The notes below the pieces were generated by a model. It ran no database searches. It saw nothing but the letters and a program-made list of their open reading frames with translations, and was not told where the DNA came from. 64,000 nt of DNA. Source: Ginglymostoma cirratum. Lineage: Eukaryota. Shown one piece after another: positions 38,601-47,099 of this stretch. The DNA lies in the NCBI GenBank assembly GCA_024137785.1, contig JAHRHZ010000119.1:3618171-3682170 (forward strand), written 5' to 3'. Numbering within the stretch: the first letter of the stretch is position 1; every line of letters starts with the position of its first letter. A program made the translations under genes and the position numbers.

Positions 38601-39243
38601 AACTTGCCTAACAGCATGTGAACTACAAAAAAAAACCAAGCAGTTTACCACCAGCTCCAAGGGGCAGTTGGAGATTGGTATTTCTTGAAGTGTAGCCAGC
38701 AGTACTCAGATCATAAGCAGGAAGTTAAGGAAGAAGATTGCATCAAAAAGGTAAAGGTTGAGTGGGTCACACGACCCATACTTTCACAGTTCACTGGAAC
38801 AGAGACTGCTGCTACGTGACATCACACCACAAAATGCTCTGGAGTCATACCTCAAAACTCCTCGGTCAATTGCTATTGACTTGTTTCCACTCAGCTGCAC
38901 CAAGTTAAACAGAATCTTCCAATTTTGCTACAGCTGGTCACGGTCACCAAGACAAATTCTTGAACAGAATCTCTTCTATTAATCATGATCTATCAACTTG
39001 ACAAGTATGGCCCATTATTACTAAAACAAAAATAAATACCTGCAAGCTGCAAGACCCAAAACAAAGTTAAGGTGTCAACCACATCGGTTCCATGAAATGG
39101 ATTTTAAATATTAATCCTAGCTATCACCACATGATTCATACCTTTGAATATCGATATGGTTTCTTCATAACACAGATTTTTGGTAGATTAGTTAATGGTT
39201 CTCCATTTTCTTCAATCCATTCTTTTTTATCCATGGCTGCCAT
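2442..39243 (-). CDS. EIF4ENIF1: eIF4E nuclear import factor 1 / 4E-T, spliced CDS, 3'-partial (10 coding exons: 39142-39243, 30282-30355, 23806-23939, 20608-20891, 19378-19579, 18211-18380, 13299-13437, 6231-6419, 5398-5630, 2442-2616)
   Basis: All exons have AG/GT boundaries and compatible phases and join into one open frame. The frame contains the eIF4E-binding motif YSKEKLL, IWDPEKWHASLYP, LSPQRRSFGGGCHV, the Cup-homology/DDX6-binding EEEPEWFSAGPTSQSETIELTGFDD, SRFSQWF, VVLSVEEVEAGL and DMTAFNKLVNTMKASGTLP, all matching recalled human 4E-T. The C-terminal exons were not found in 1-2441, so the gene continues off-window. Confidence 0.97.
5398..5630 (-). CDS. EIF4ENIF1: 4E-T coding exon (SQTGVVLSVEEVEAGLKGLKV...KASGTLPSQPKPP)
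   Basis: tgctttacag|CA acceptor, CCT|gtaagt donor; 233 nt, phase 1->0; strong similarity to human 4E-T. Confidence 0.96.
6231..6419 (-). CDS. EIF4ENIF1: 4E-T coding exon (GLEQ...GNYFAPI...KVDILEILRKANVDVKPLLSSLTANKEKLKES)
   Basis: ttgcacag|GT acceptor, T|gtacgt donor; 189 nt, phase 1->1. Confidence 0.95.
6760..7700 (-). mobile_element. Highly degraded CR1-type LINE fragment
   Basis: Remnants such as attgaaggccttttggaaacc (FQKAF motif, reverse) and ccactggaaccat resemble the CR1 copy at 57.5-61.5 kb. Confidence 0.5.
7950..8790 (-). mobile_element. Degraded LINE RT C-terminal fragment (L2/CR1 group; same family as 46045-46910 and 52270-53160)
   Basis: Shared blocks such as cttacatggtggaatattctgcacttg and gacatccatgcctgggctaatgattggcaagtgact on the minus strand. 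Confidence 0.55.
10547..11172 (+). mobile_element. 5'-truncated Penelope-like element (GIY-YIG C-terminus, C-rich 3' region, degenerate hammerhead tail) with 12-bp TSD
   Basis: Translates RFVEHLHSVRNKQLRLPVVNHFNSPS...LSILGLL. Tail ttctgaagggtctaggcccaaaacgtcaagc. Flanked by ttggaaactgat at 10535-10546 and 11173-11184. Confidence 0.85.
11470..13140 (+). mobile_element. Degraded, internally deleted CR1 LINE ORF2 (EN to 3' end)
   Basis: KLKALYLN (EN start), tataggccagttagcttaaca (YRPVSLT), ttccagaagacatttgataaa (FQKxFDK), gggatcagtactggggcct (QGSVLGP-like), and a CR1 3' tail near 13080-13140. Confidence 0.75.
13299..13437 (-). CDS. EIF4ENIF1: 4E-T coding exon (MIEEVLGEGSVSSSRFSQWFSSNVSRPGSRSSSLRSTPHEELERLA)
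   Basis: tttag|ATG acceptor, G|gtaaga donor; 139 nt, phase 0->1. Too short for the supplied ORF track but nearly identical to the human segment. Confidence 0.96.
13900..14480 (-). mobile_element. Degraded CR1 3' fragment
   Basis: Similar to the CR1 3' end at 57455-58100. Confidence 0.5.
15050..15660. mobile_element. Inverted pair of Penelope-like (GIY-YIG C-terminal) 3' segments, with a 135-bp near-perfect inverted-repeat core
   Basis: 15200-15334 is the reverse complement of 15366-15500 with one mismatch. The right arm reads KEGQQFDWDNTAIL*...EFLEAWQSN, typical of the PLE endonuclease C-terminus. Both outer ends carry a decayed tgatgttacctagcatggtgac-gaaa hammerhead-like tail. Confidence 0.8.
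18211..18380 (-). CDS. EIF4ENIF1: 4E-T coding exon (GAECNGG...EQTPGDFDFNEFFNMEKSVPGLAL)
   Basis: gtcattgtag|GT acceptor, TTG|gtgagc donor; 170 nt, phase 1->0. Confidence 0.95.
19378..19579 (-). CDS. EIF4ENIF1: 4E-T coding exon containing the NLS region and Cup homology domain (DDX6-binding)
   Basis: tttgcag|AGG acceptor, AAG|gtaagc donor; 202 nt, phase 0->1; REYGDGKRAFGERRRCDSYTEEEPEWFSAGPTSQSETIELTGFDDK. Confidence 0.97.
20608..20891 (-). CDS. EIF4ENIF1: 4E-T coding exon (DPRERIKEEDIDVVLSPQRRSFGGGCHV...RRIGSGRII...KEKRFR)
   Basis: tgtgtccag|AT acceptor, CGG|gttaga donor; 284 nt, phase 1->0. Confidence 0.97.
21870..22060 (-). mobile_element. Fragment of a tRNA-headed repeat (same family as 47100-47380)
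   Basis: Shares gatgtgaggcagacc...gagactagctt...ctgccatggt with the 47100-47380 copy. Confidence 0.5.
22870..23070. mobile_element. Palindromic non-autonomous Penelope-derived element with two opposed hammerhead motifs; 12-bp TSD
   Basis: Centre gacgtttcgggcctagacccttcatga-tttc-tgatgaagggtctaggcccaaaacgtc. TSD taattagtactc at 22858-22869 and 23071-23082. Confidence 0.8.
23806..23939 (-). CDS. EIF4ENIF1: 4E-T coding exon with the non-canonical eIF4E-binding segment (EGIWDPEKWHASLYPSSGRSSP...)
   Basis: tttctatag|T acceptor, CAG|gtgact donor; 134 nt, phase 2->1. Confidence 0.96.
24174..24409. mobile_element. Palindromic Penelope-derived element (second subfamily) with two opposed hammerhead motifs; 15-bp TSD
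   Basis: Centre tttcaggtccggtgacccttcctcagaac-a-gttctgaaagagtgtcactggacctgaaa. TSD agttggtcaatcatg at 24159-24173 and 24410-24424. Confidence 0.8.
24236..24270 (-). ncRNA. Minimal type I hammerhead ribozyme motif (PLE-type)
   Basis: Minus strand reads CUGAGGA-A-GGGUC(ACCG)GACCU-GAAA-U-AUU. The catalytic core is intact, stem II is 5 bp, stem III is palindromic and loopless, and stem I is weak. Activity is untested. Confidence 0.55.
25115..27035 (-). mobile_element. Degraded CR1 LINE ORF2 (RT and 3' region)
   Basis: ORF-track fragments MAEFNLDKWEVMHFG...QRDLGVQ, IDTVYMAFSKA and PWMTRDI; ccacagggatcagtgctggga (PQGSVLG) at about 25895-25915. Confidence 0.8.
28027..28316 (+). mobile_element. HE1-type tRNA-derived SINE (V-SINE family)
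   Basis: A-box-like ggctctgtagttagcactgc, B-box ggtttgattcc, V-domain ggagtttgcacgttctcc...ctgcgtgggtttcc, and LINE-like tail ttccacactgtagggattctat. Confidence 0.85.
29030..29175 (-). mobile_element. Partial HE1-type SINE (head and V-domain)
   Basis: ggagaatgtgcaaactccacaca...gaggcagcagtgctaac. Confidence 0.75.
30282..30355 (-). CDS. EIF4ENIF1: 4E-T coding exon (EKLLEIKDYPYAKQRPACLLEKYDS)
   Basis: ttcttgcag|GAA acceptor, CAG|gtaaac donor; 74 nt, phase 0->2; matches human EELLDIKELPHSKQRPSCLSEKYDS. Not in the ORF track. Confidence 0.95.
30440..31030 (+). mobile_element. Degraded CR1 3' fragment
   Basis: gtgcagttctggtcccc (VQFWSP) and downstream CR1-like blocks. Confidence 0.55.
31450..31553 (+). 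mobile_element. Single-arm Penelope-derived hammerhead element; 15-bp TSD
   Basis: ccgatgaagggtctaggtccgaaacgtc at 31475-31502 (U4->C in the core). TSD ctggaagaatcttag at 31435-31449 and 31554-31568. Confidence 0.8.
33464..33618. mobile_element. Palindromic Penelope-derived element with a partly deleted second arm; 13-bp TSD
   Basis: gtgtggagctggaggaacacagcaggc ... gcctgctgttttcctccagctccacac. TSD taggtcacaagta at 33451-33463 and 33619-33631. Confidence 0.8.
34895..35480 (+). mobile_element. Possible solo LTR-like fragment
   Basis: T-rich block of opposite skew to the host intron, ending gagggggtttggtctggtccataa, which resembles LTR ends recalled from shark genomes. No clear TG..CA or TSD. 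Confidence 0.25.
35830..38570 (+). mobile_element. Degraded CR1 LINE ORF2 (EN, RT, 3' tail), interrupted at 36254-36475
   Basis: YYRPP-like tactacaggcccc, gccatactggaccttgta (AILDLV), cccagggcccgatggt (PGPDG), aactacagaccag (NYRP), tttgcagacaat (FADx), and tail ctgtacagttctatgtt. Confidence 0.85.
36254..36475. mobile_element. Palindromic Penelope-derived element inserted into the CR1 endonuclease region; 13-bp TSD
   Basis: ataacaatgtgtggagctggaggaa ... ttcctccagctccacacattgttat arms with decayed hammerheads at the centre. TSD ccttaagttttaa at 36241-36253 and 36476-36488. Confidence 0.8.
39142..39243 (-). CDS. EIF4ENIF1: 4E-T first coding exon (MAAMDKKEWIEENGEPLTNLPKICVMKKPYRYSK); the exon spans 39142-39265
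   Basis: tttcgtttgaag|GTAC acceptor at 39265 and AAG|gtatga donor. Ends in RYSK, which completes YSKEKLL with the next exon. In-frame ATGs at 39261, 39243 and 39234. Confidence 0.9.
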
Positions 39244-39699
39244 GGAGGGCTTTGTGAACATGTACCTTCAAACGAAAACACAAAGCTTCAAAACTCAGAC
39301 AATTCGAACATTTAAAGCTACTGCACCTTAAAGAACCCAAGTTAAGTCAGCTCAGAACAGTTAAAGTTACAAGAGAAATTTAATTTCCATTCCATCAACT
39401 ACTGTTAATTGCGCAGGTTTGTCTCCTCAGCCGCTAGGAGGAAGCGACTGTAACCAGTTCTCCCTTAGAAATTTTCAGTTTTGAAACAAACCAACTTGCA
39501 AAAAAAGGACAGAATTAACCCGACTTCACCACAGCCAAGGCACACTAGGAACAAACGGCCAGCTATTTCGTTTGACGTCGTAGGAAGCCATAAACAAAAC
39601 GTGATATAAACAAGTCGGGACAAAAAAAAAAGATTAAAGCAGCTTGCTCCACCAAGTACAAAGACCGAGGCTAGACGATGTTTTTGCATGATAACCACA

Positions 39700-40560
39700 C
39701 ACACCTGACAGAGAGAGATTCCGAGGCTGACAGTTCAGGCCTCTGACTGAGGAAGTTTGCCCGGGTGAGAGGGAGTGGGGAAGAAAAAGGCGTCCGGCTG
39801 CCCTACCAGTCACCAGGTCCGGGCCGAGCGAAGAGACTGAACGAGGAGAGAGAGCGGCCCACCCGCCCGCGCCGGGCACTGGAGGGTTTTTTTTGGGGGG
39901 GGGGGGCGGCAAGGGGAGGGGGTCAGACCTCGGCGCCTCCCCAAAGACCGACTCCCGAAGGCAGGAGGCCAAGTGCCGGCTCCTTCCCGGGAGGGGAGGG
40001 GGGTATGGAGGGAGGGGAAGGGGGGGGGGTTATGGACACTCGGCCCCTAGCTTGCCGCCTCTCCCGCTCTGGCCTGAGCCGGAGCCGACGGAACCGGCCT
40101 GTCTCCCGAAGCCCGGCAACAGCCGCTTCACACACCCGGATGTACAGACCAACCGCCTGCCTGTCCCCACAACCAAAACAAAAAAAAATCAACACACAAA
40201 AAAAAGCCACAAGGCCCGCACTTTCTTTTTTTTTAAAGAAAAGCACTTTCGACTACACTTTTAATAAATTTGTCAAGACCCCTCTTCGTCCTCAAAAGGG
40301 AAAGGGCCCTCAAGCAACTAGGATTGACGACTATATTTTGGACGGTGGAACCAATCAGAACGGAGGAGGCGGGCCAGACCACAACGTCATCGGGTCAATC
40401 CCATTCACTTTTTTGTCTGATTGACAGTGATACCGGAAGTGGGCGGCTGAATACTCTCAGAGGCTGTCTATTGAGAACGGCAGCCAAATGGAGCATTCAG
40501 AGCAATCACGTCGTTCTGGATGATTAAATTTAATTCATCTCACATGTCATGGCCAATATC
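39700..40560 (-). promoter_or_regulatory. CpG island / promoter and probable non-coding first exon of EIF4ENIF1
   Basis: Abrupt GC- and CpG-rich segment. CCAAT box at 40351, CRE-like aacgtcat at about 40383, ETS+GC box accggaagtgggcgg at 40432-40446. Candidate minus-strand donors at 39705 (CAG|gtgtgt), about 39812 and about 40136. TSS not determinable. Confidence 0.8.
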
Positions 40561-40744
40561 AGACGAGATTGTTAATGCTTCTTTCTCCTCAACCACTGAC
40601 CCCTCTCCCTGTGGAATTTCTTTCCCCACAAAGTACTGTGTCACTGACTTTAGTCAAGTAGTATTGAATAGATTTTTGTTAATGGAGTCAACGGCTCTGG
40701 GGCACGTAGAGGAAAGTGGAATGGAGACCACAACATGTCAGCAA

Positions 40745-41580
40745 ATCAGTTTTCCCAAGGAGTCCCCAATCAGGCACACATAAAAATGCACAGCAAGCCT
40801 CTGGACAATGTGGATCATTTCCCATACCTTGGAAGCTTCCTCTTGGTGCAAGTAGACATTGACAATGAAATCAAACATTGACTCCAATAAACCATTGCAA
40901 CCTGAGGAACAGAATGTTTGAAGTCCAGGACTTCAAATCCAGCGCCAAGCTCATGCTCTACATTGAAGCCATGCTCCCACCCTCCTGTATGCACATAGAA
41001 ACATAGAGCATGTATAGTAGATATCTCAAATCATTGGAGAGTTATCACCACTGCTGCCTTTGCAAAATCCTGGAAATCCATTGGCAGTATAGGCGTACCA
41101 ACATAAGCGTCCTCTCTCTGGCCAATGTCACGTATGACTAGCTGCTGTGGGTGGGCCCAACACAGAACTCCCTAAACAGGAACTCTGGTCTGAGCTCCGC
41201 AGTGGTAAGTGATCACTAGGAGGGTAAATGAAATGCTACAAGGACACTCTGAAAACCCCCCCAAACAAATGTAATATCCCCACCAATGCATGGGAATTGC
41301 TTGCCCTAGAATGCACAAACTTAAGAAGAAGCATCCACAAAAATGCCACCACTTCCAGTATCACCGAGGGGAGCACATGGAGGCTAAGCACAAGAAGGGG
41401 AAAGAGTTCACAGAATCAGAACATCCCACCCTCCTACCTCATCAAACGTCACCTGCCCCTTGTATGGCAGAGTCTGCGGCTCCAGGATTGAATTATTCAA
41501 CCACCGAAGAAATCCCCCTTCCCCACCCCAAATGGAAGGAAGTTGTCCCGGACCCTGAGGGACTGCCAAAGAAGAGAAGG
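40745..41580 (+). mobile_element. RTE-clade LINE 3' fragment
   Basis: Translated remnants LDNVDHFPYLGS, CLCKILEIHWQYRRTNISVLSLAN, LPKQ and KCYKDTLK...CNIPTNAWELLA are characteristic of RTE ORF C-termini. Confidence 0.8.
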
Positions 41581-42069
41581 TTAGATCCTCATTAGTTATA
41601 TGGGACAAATGTGCTTCCAACCTCTCTGCCAGTAAGACACATGTCTATCTTTTCCAGATCTCACTGTTTGAATAACTCCAATAAAATTTTTCTAGTTATG
41701 GCACAGTCACCATTGCATAATTCAAAAAACAAACTCTTACAAATGAAGAGGTTTGGTACAGAACTAAACAAGTCGTTCTTGGCTTATTTAAGCTCAACAT
41801 TTCAGAGCTTCTTATAAAAAAAAGTATCACTATCCTGTTTAGTGCTTGGAAGCAGTGGCAGACTTGAACTAGCACATGGTCCCAAAGGTTAAAAAGTAGA
41901 CAGCAACATCTCCTGCCAAATTGTTGAAAATTGAGTCGGATGATTTTTCAGACATTCAGAGAGCTGCCTAAGATGAACATTTCCCCTATGTACACTAGTG
42001 GGGAGCCTAATGCCTTATTTAGGACTCCTTGAGAAAACAGATATGCCCAAATATCAGGCTTGTCCCACC

Positions 42070-42195
42070 AGAACAGTTCTGAAGAAGAGTCATGACAACT
42101 TGAAACATTAGCTCTCCAAAGATGCTGCAAAACCTGTTGAGTTTCTCCAGCATCCTCTGTTTTTGTATCACATTTTCATCATCTGCAGCATTTGA
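42070..42195 (+). mobile_element. Penelope-derived hammerhead-bearing arm
   Basis: ctgaagaagagtcatgacaacttgaaacatt (42079-42109) followed by the family tail gatgctgc...gagtttctccagca...catctgcag. Confidence 0.7.
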
Positions 42196-43074
42196 TTCAT
42201 AATTTAACAACTTATTTCTCTCCAGTTTAAGAACAAACTTCAGGACCGTACCATATGTCATCTTGCAACTCATGCATACATATCAGCGCTTAGGACATCG
42301 CTTAAAGATCCAGACTCAAAGCAACATGTTTTGCAGGCTTCCATTTCCAGTTTCCTCCTAAGCAAAGCACATGGGCCTTAAGGTGTGCATGAACAGTCTC
42401 AGATTAAGTGCATATATGTAAAAGTACTATTAAAAATCCTGAGATTTCAGTTCTTCTGTGAGATTGTGGGTAAAGTTGAATATGAATGAGAAACCGCATC
42501 TTTCACAATCACTTCAGAAGAGTTAGTACATCTATGGTTATGCTCCAATCGCAGTATTGATACAGCTCAAAGGAGAACACCAGCTTTTCCAACCCAAGTT
42601 TGAAACTTAAATCTTTCATCCCTGGAACCATTCTGTTAAATCTCCTCTGCACCTCATCATGGGTCCTCATGCTCCTCCTAAAATGTGGTGGCCAAATCAA
42701 TGGCGGTCAAAGTCACAAATAACAACATATGTGACTGTGATCAGGATAAACTATTCCTTCTCTGGTTTTGAATCTATATGGATTTTGACATGGTTCATCA
42801 CGTCAAACTCACAAACACTACTGCCCAGCTTGGTAGGGCTGGACTCACCTAGTTTCTCTTGTCTCTCCAGTTGTAGTCAGACAATTACCATCATTGATTT
42901 CTCTTCTCAATCTGGCAACATTGTCATCGAGTCATACAACACAGAAACAGACCCTTTGGTCTAACTCGTTCGCGCCAACCAGACATTCCAAAATGACCCA
43001 GTCTCATTTGCCAGCATTTAGCCCATACCCCTCTAAATCCTTCTTATTCATAAACCCCTCCAGATAGATTGTTT

Positions 43075-43460
43075 GTGGTGTCTCTCAAGGTCTAGCCCTA
43101 CCAGCTCTTATTTCTCATCTGTATGCTTCACTTTGGTGGCACCATTTAAAAATACACCAATGGATTCCATGTATGGGCTGATGGCACCCAACTCTGCCTC
43201 ACCACACCTCTCTCAACTCTTACAGTATCTCAAAATTGTCAGGCTGCTTGTCAATATCTGGGGCTTGATGAGCAGAAATTCCCCTCAACTAAATATTCAG
43301 AACAATGAAGCCATTACAAACTACATTTCTGAGTCACCAATTCCCTGCTCTACCTGGTCACTGTCTGAGGCTGAATGAGACTGTTCACAAACTTTGTGTC
43401 ATATCTGATCCTGGTATGATCTCATTCTCACAACATTCCTGAGACTGTCTGGGTCTTCAC
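43075..43460 (+). mobile_element. L2 LINE RT C-terminal fragment (continues at about 44020-44280)
   Basis: MSRNSPQLNIQNNEAI (compare WMSxNFLQLNxxKTE), and VLTDMHWLP...FKMIIFVFKSLHGLILPYL at about 44025-44130. Confidence 0.75.
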
Positions 43461-43523
43461 TATTCTATTCTATTCTTCTTCCATTCCCTACAAATCAAAC
43501 ATTACGCTAATTTGTACCAAATC

Positions 43524-44020
43524 CCATTGACTTGGCCACCACATTTTTGGAGGAGAATGAGGACCCATGATGAGGTGCAGAGGAGATTTAACAGAATGGT
43601 TCCAGGGATGAGAGATTTTAGTTACAAACTTGGGTTCGAAAAACTGGGGTCTCCTTTGACCAGAGATTATGGGGAGATTTGATAATAGTGTGCAAGATTA
43701 TGACAAGTTTGGATAAGGGAAGCAACAGAAAACTGTGACTATTGTTGATAGTAGAAGGATGAAGGGGGACACAGATTGAAGGTTTTGGTCAAAAGATATG
43801 CCAGAGATGTGAAGAGGAACACTTTAACTCAGCAAGCAGTAATGATCAGGAACTCAGTGCCCACAAACAGAAACACCAGCAGGAGATTGAATGGACACTT
43901 GAAGGATAAAACAACTTGCAGAGCGACAGGGATCAAGAGAGGGAATAGAATTAACATTGAATTGGTTCACAGGAAGTCAGCATGGATTCAGAGAATCCCT
44001 TCTGCATTGTAAATGACTCT
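43524..44020 (+). mobile_element. CR1 3' fragment; its first ~135 bp are duplicated in inverted orientation at 42567-42703
   Basis: gaggtgcagaggagatttaacagaatggttccagggatg (EVQRRFNRMVPGM) and a CR1-like tail gtaaatgactctatga. Confidence 0.75.
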
Positions 44021-44458
44021 ATGATTGCTGTACTCACTGACATGCATTGGCTTCCAGGTAAGCAATGCTGCAATTTCAAAATGATCATTTTTGTTTTCAA
44101 GTCGCTCCATGGCCTCATCCTTCCCTATCTCTTTTATTTCCTGCAGCTCCATGATGTTTTGAGATCCAACCTCCTCTAATTTTGGATATCCTTAATTTTA
44201 AATACTCCACCATTTGGTAGTCATACTTTCATTTGCTTGGGCCCTAAGGTCTGAAATTACGTCCTAAAACTCTTTGCCTTTCTACCTTTTGTTCATTAAC
44301 TGTAACACTGTTGATTCTTAATTGCCCTCTGAAATTATCTAAAAGGGCACCCAAACCACAGTGAATTTTAAACTGGATGGACCACCTAGCAATGACCCAG
44401 GTACCAGAAACAACTCCAACACAGCCATGTTGAGCTTTAATGTTCTCTTCGCTAACAT

Positions 44459-44721
44459 AGAATCCCTGCAGCATGGAAGCAGGTTATTCGGCCCATCGAG
44501 TCCACACCGACCATCCAAACATCTCTGTAACCCCGCATTTCCCATGGCCAATCCACCTAACCTGCACATCTTTGGACTGTGGAAAGAACCAGAGCACTCA
44601 GAGGAAACTCATCCAGACACAGGGAGAAAGTGCAAACTCCAAACAGACAGTCGCCCAAGGCTGGAATTGAACCTGGGGCCCTGTGAGGCAGTGGTGCTCA
44701 CCACTGAGCCACCGTGCCACC
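44459..44721 (-). mobile_element. HE1-type SINE with 7-bp TSD
   Basis: Head gtggcacggtggctcagtggtgagcac, V-domain and LINE-like tail. TSD ctaacat at 44452-44458 and 44722-44728. Confidence 0.88.
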
Positions 44722-45186
44722 CTAACATCTGGAAACTTGTGTCAAAATTCAGACTGCTGCCCCAGAAACTAGTCAAGCAGCAGCCTACACAGTCATACTC
44801 ATAGAATCATTCCTTGTAGACAATGCTCCGGACATCATCATCCCTGGATATGTCACCCCCCAGCAGCAAGACAAACCCACTAGAGGTGGCAGTACAGTGG
44901 TACACTGTGCAGGAGATAGTTATCCAAGGAGTCGTTGATATTGAGTCTGGGCCCCATGAAGTTTCATACTGTCAGGTCAAACATGGGCAAGGGAACCTCC
45001 TGCTGATAACCACTTAGCATCCCTACTTGGCTGATTATTCAGGTTTCCTCCTTGTTGAACATTACCTGGAGGAAGCACTCAGGGCGGCATGGATGCAGAA
45101 TGCACTCTGGGTGGGGGAACCTCAAAGTCCATCAGCAAAAGTGTCTCAGTAGTATCACCACTGACCAAGCTGGCTGAGCTATTGTG

Positions 45187-45460
45187 GAATCCCTGCAGTG
45201 TGGAAACAGGCCATTAGGCCTGTTTAGTCAACACCGACCATCTGAAGAGCATCCCACCCAGACACTGTAACCCTGCATTACCCATGGCTAATCCACCTGA
45301 CCTGCACACCTTTGGACTGCGGGATGAAACCAGAACACCCAAAGAAGACACAGTGCAGAATATGCAAACTCCACACAGACAGTTGCCTGAACGTGGAATC
45401 AAACCCAGATCTCTGGCGCCGTGAGGCAGCAGTGCTAACCAATGAGCCACTGTGCTGTCC
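45187..45460 (-). mobile_element. HE1-type SINE
   Basis: Head cagcacagtggctcattggttagcactgctgcctcacggcgcc; tail ttccacactgcagggattc. Confidence 0.88.
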
Positions 45461-45481
45461 TAAAGTTCGAAAGGATATTCT

Positions 45482-45834
45482 TAGAATCCCTACAGTGTGG
45501 AAGCAGGCCATTTGGCCCAAAAATTCCACACCAACCCTCCAAAGAGCATCCCGCCTGGACCCATTCCCCCTACCCTATCCCTGTAACCCTGCATTTTCCA
45601 TGGCTAACGCACCTAACCGACACATACCCGAACACTATGGGCAATTTAGCATGGCCAATCCACCTAGCTTGCACATCTTTGGACTACGGGAGGAAACCGG
45701 AGCACCAGGAGGAAATCCATGCAGACACAGACAGAATGTGCAAACTCCATGCAGACAGTCACCCGAGGGTGGAATCGAATCTAGGTCCCTGGCGCTGGGA
45801 AAGCAGCAGTGCTAACCACTGAGCCACCATGCCA
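45482..45834 (-). mobile_element. HE1-type SINE (most complete copy)
   Basis: Head ggcatggtggctcagtggttagcactgctg, B-box ggttcgattcc-like gattcgattcc, V-domain, tail ttccacactgtagggattcta. Confidence 0.9.
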
Positions 45835-46042
45835 TCACCTATCTCCATTCCGCCTACCCTCCCCTTAGCCCCACTCCCGTCCCTCGATTTATTTCTGGGC
45901 TCCCCTCCCCCTCTTCAGTCCTGACAAAGGGTCTTAGCCCAAAACATTGACTTCCCTGCTCCTCGGATGCTGCCTGACCTGCTGTGATTTTTGAGCTCCA
46001 CATTTATTGACTCTAGCTTCCGGCATCTACAGTCCTTTTTGC
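45835..46042 (+). mobile_element. Penelope 3' end fragment with decayed hammerhead
   Basis: C-rich tract plus agtcctgacaaagggtcttagcccaaaacattgact, homologous to 11020-11170. Confidence 0.7.
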
Positions 46043-47099
46043 CTCCATGTCCAAATGTGTTTAGTCCTAAACCATATTCATGTTTCAGCTGAGAAGTGGT
46101 TTGTAATATTCACACTCCACTAATGATAGACAATGACCATCTCCACCAATAGGGAATCTAAACATTATCCCCGAGCACTCCCACACTATCAATATCAATG
46201 GCCAAAAACCAAATTGGATCAATCATGCACAAAGTGTGGCTGTAAGTGCAAGTCTGAGGCGGGAATTCTGTGACAAATAATTCAGCACCCACCTCCCATG
46301 CCTGTCCATTATTGATAAGCTTTCCTGCTCCTATGATGCTGCACGACCCGCTGTGTTCATCCAGCTCCACACCTTGTTATCTCGGATTCTCCAGCATCTG
46401 CAGTTCCTATTATCTCTGGGATACAAGCTAGGAGAGCCTGAATGTGTGCCGCTCCAACAATACTCAAGAATCTTGACACCATTCAGAAAAATTAGTCTGC
46501 TTGATTGGCATCTGATGCACCACCTTAATTATTTATTCCCTCCACCACTGATGCACAGTAACAGCAGAGTGAACCATCTGCAAGATGAACTGCAGCAATT
46601 CCTTATCGCTTCTTCAACTTCACCTTCCAAACTCATTGACCACTCCCACCGGGAAGGATGAGGGGAGCAGATATGTGGGAATACCACCACCTGCGTGTTC
46701 CCTTCCAAGTCGCAAACCATCCTGACTTGGAATTATCTAATTAGTTTTTCAATGTCACTGGGTCAAAATTCCAGAACTCCCTTCCTCATAGCACTCTGGG
46801 TTCATGCACATTCCAAGGGCTGTAACAGCTCACTACCGGTTTCTCAAGGACAACTAGGAATGGGCAATAAATGGGCATCGAAGCCCACATCCTGTGAATG
46901 AATTTTTTTTTTAAAAATCGCACTGATACTCAGTTTGAGTTCTGTCATTCTCACTCATCTGCAGATCTCTTTACAGCCTTTCTTCAAACTCAAATAAAAT
47001 AATTGAATCCCAGAAGTTTTTCCTTTATTATTTTGGACCAAATGTGCACACTTGTTGTCTATGTCTAAGTGCTCCTAGACAGAATGGTTTGCTCAGAAA

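Larger units (their letters stand above)
44300..46910 (+). mobile_element. Fragmented LINE (EN domain at 44440-45180; RT C-terminus and 3' tail at 46045-46910) interrupted by three SINEs and Penelope pieces
   Basis: ANI|WKLVSK...LVKQQP and VKHGQGNLLLITT (EN-like). Tail aggacaactaggaatgggcaataaatg...gcccacatcctgtgaatgaattttt. Confidence 0.65.

Noticed and set aside
39634-40424. Long overlapping ORFs (up to 219 aa) on both strands
   Set aside because: They are stop-poor frames in a GC-rich CpG island with low-complexity G/P/R translations and no recognisable domain.
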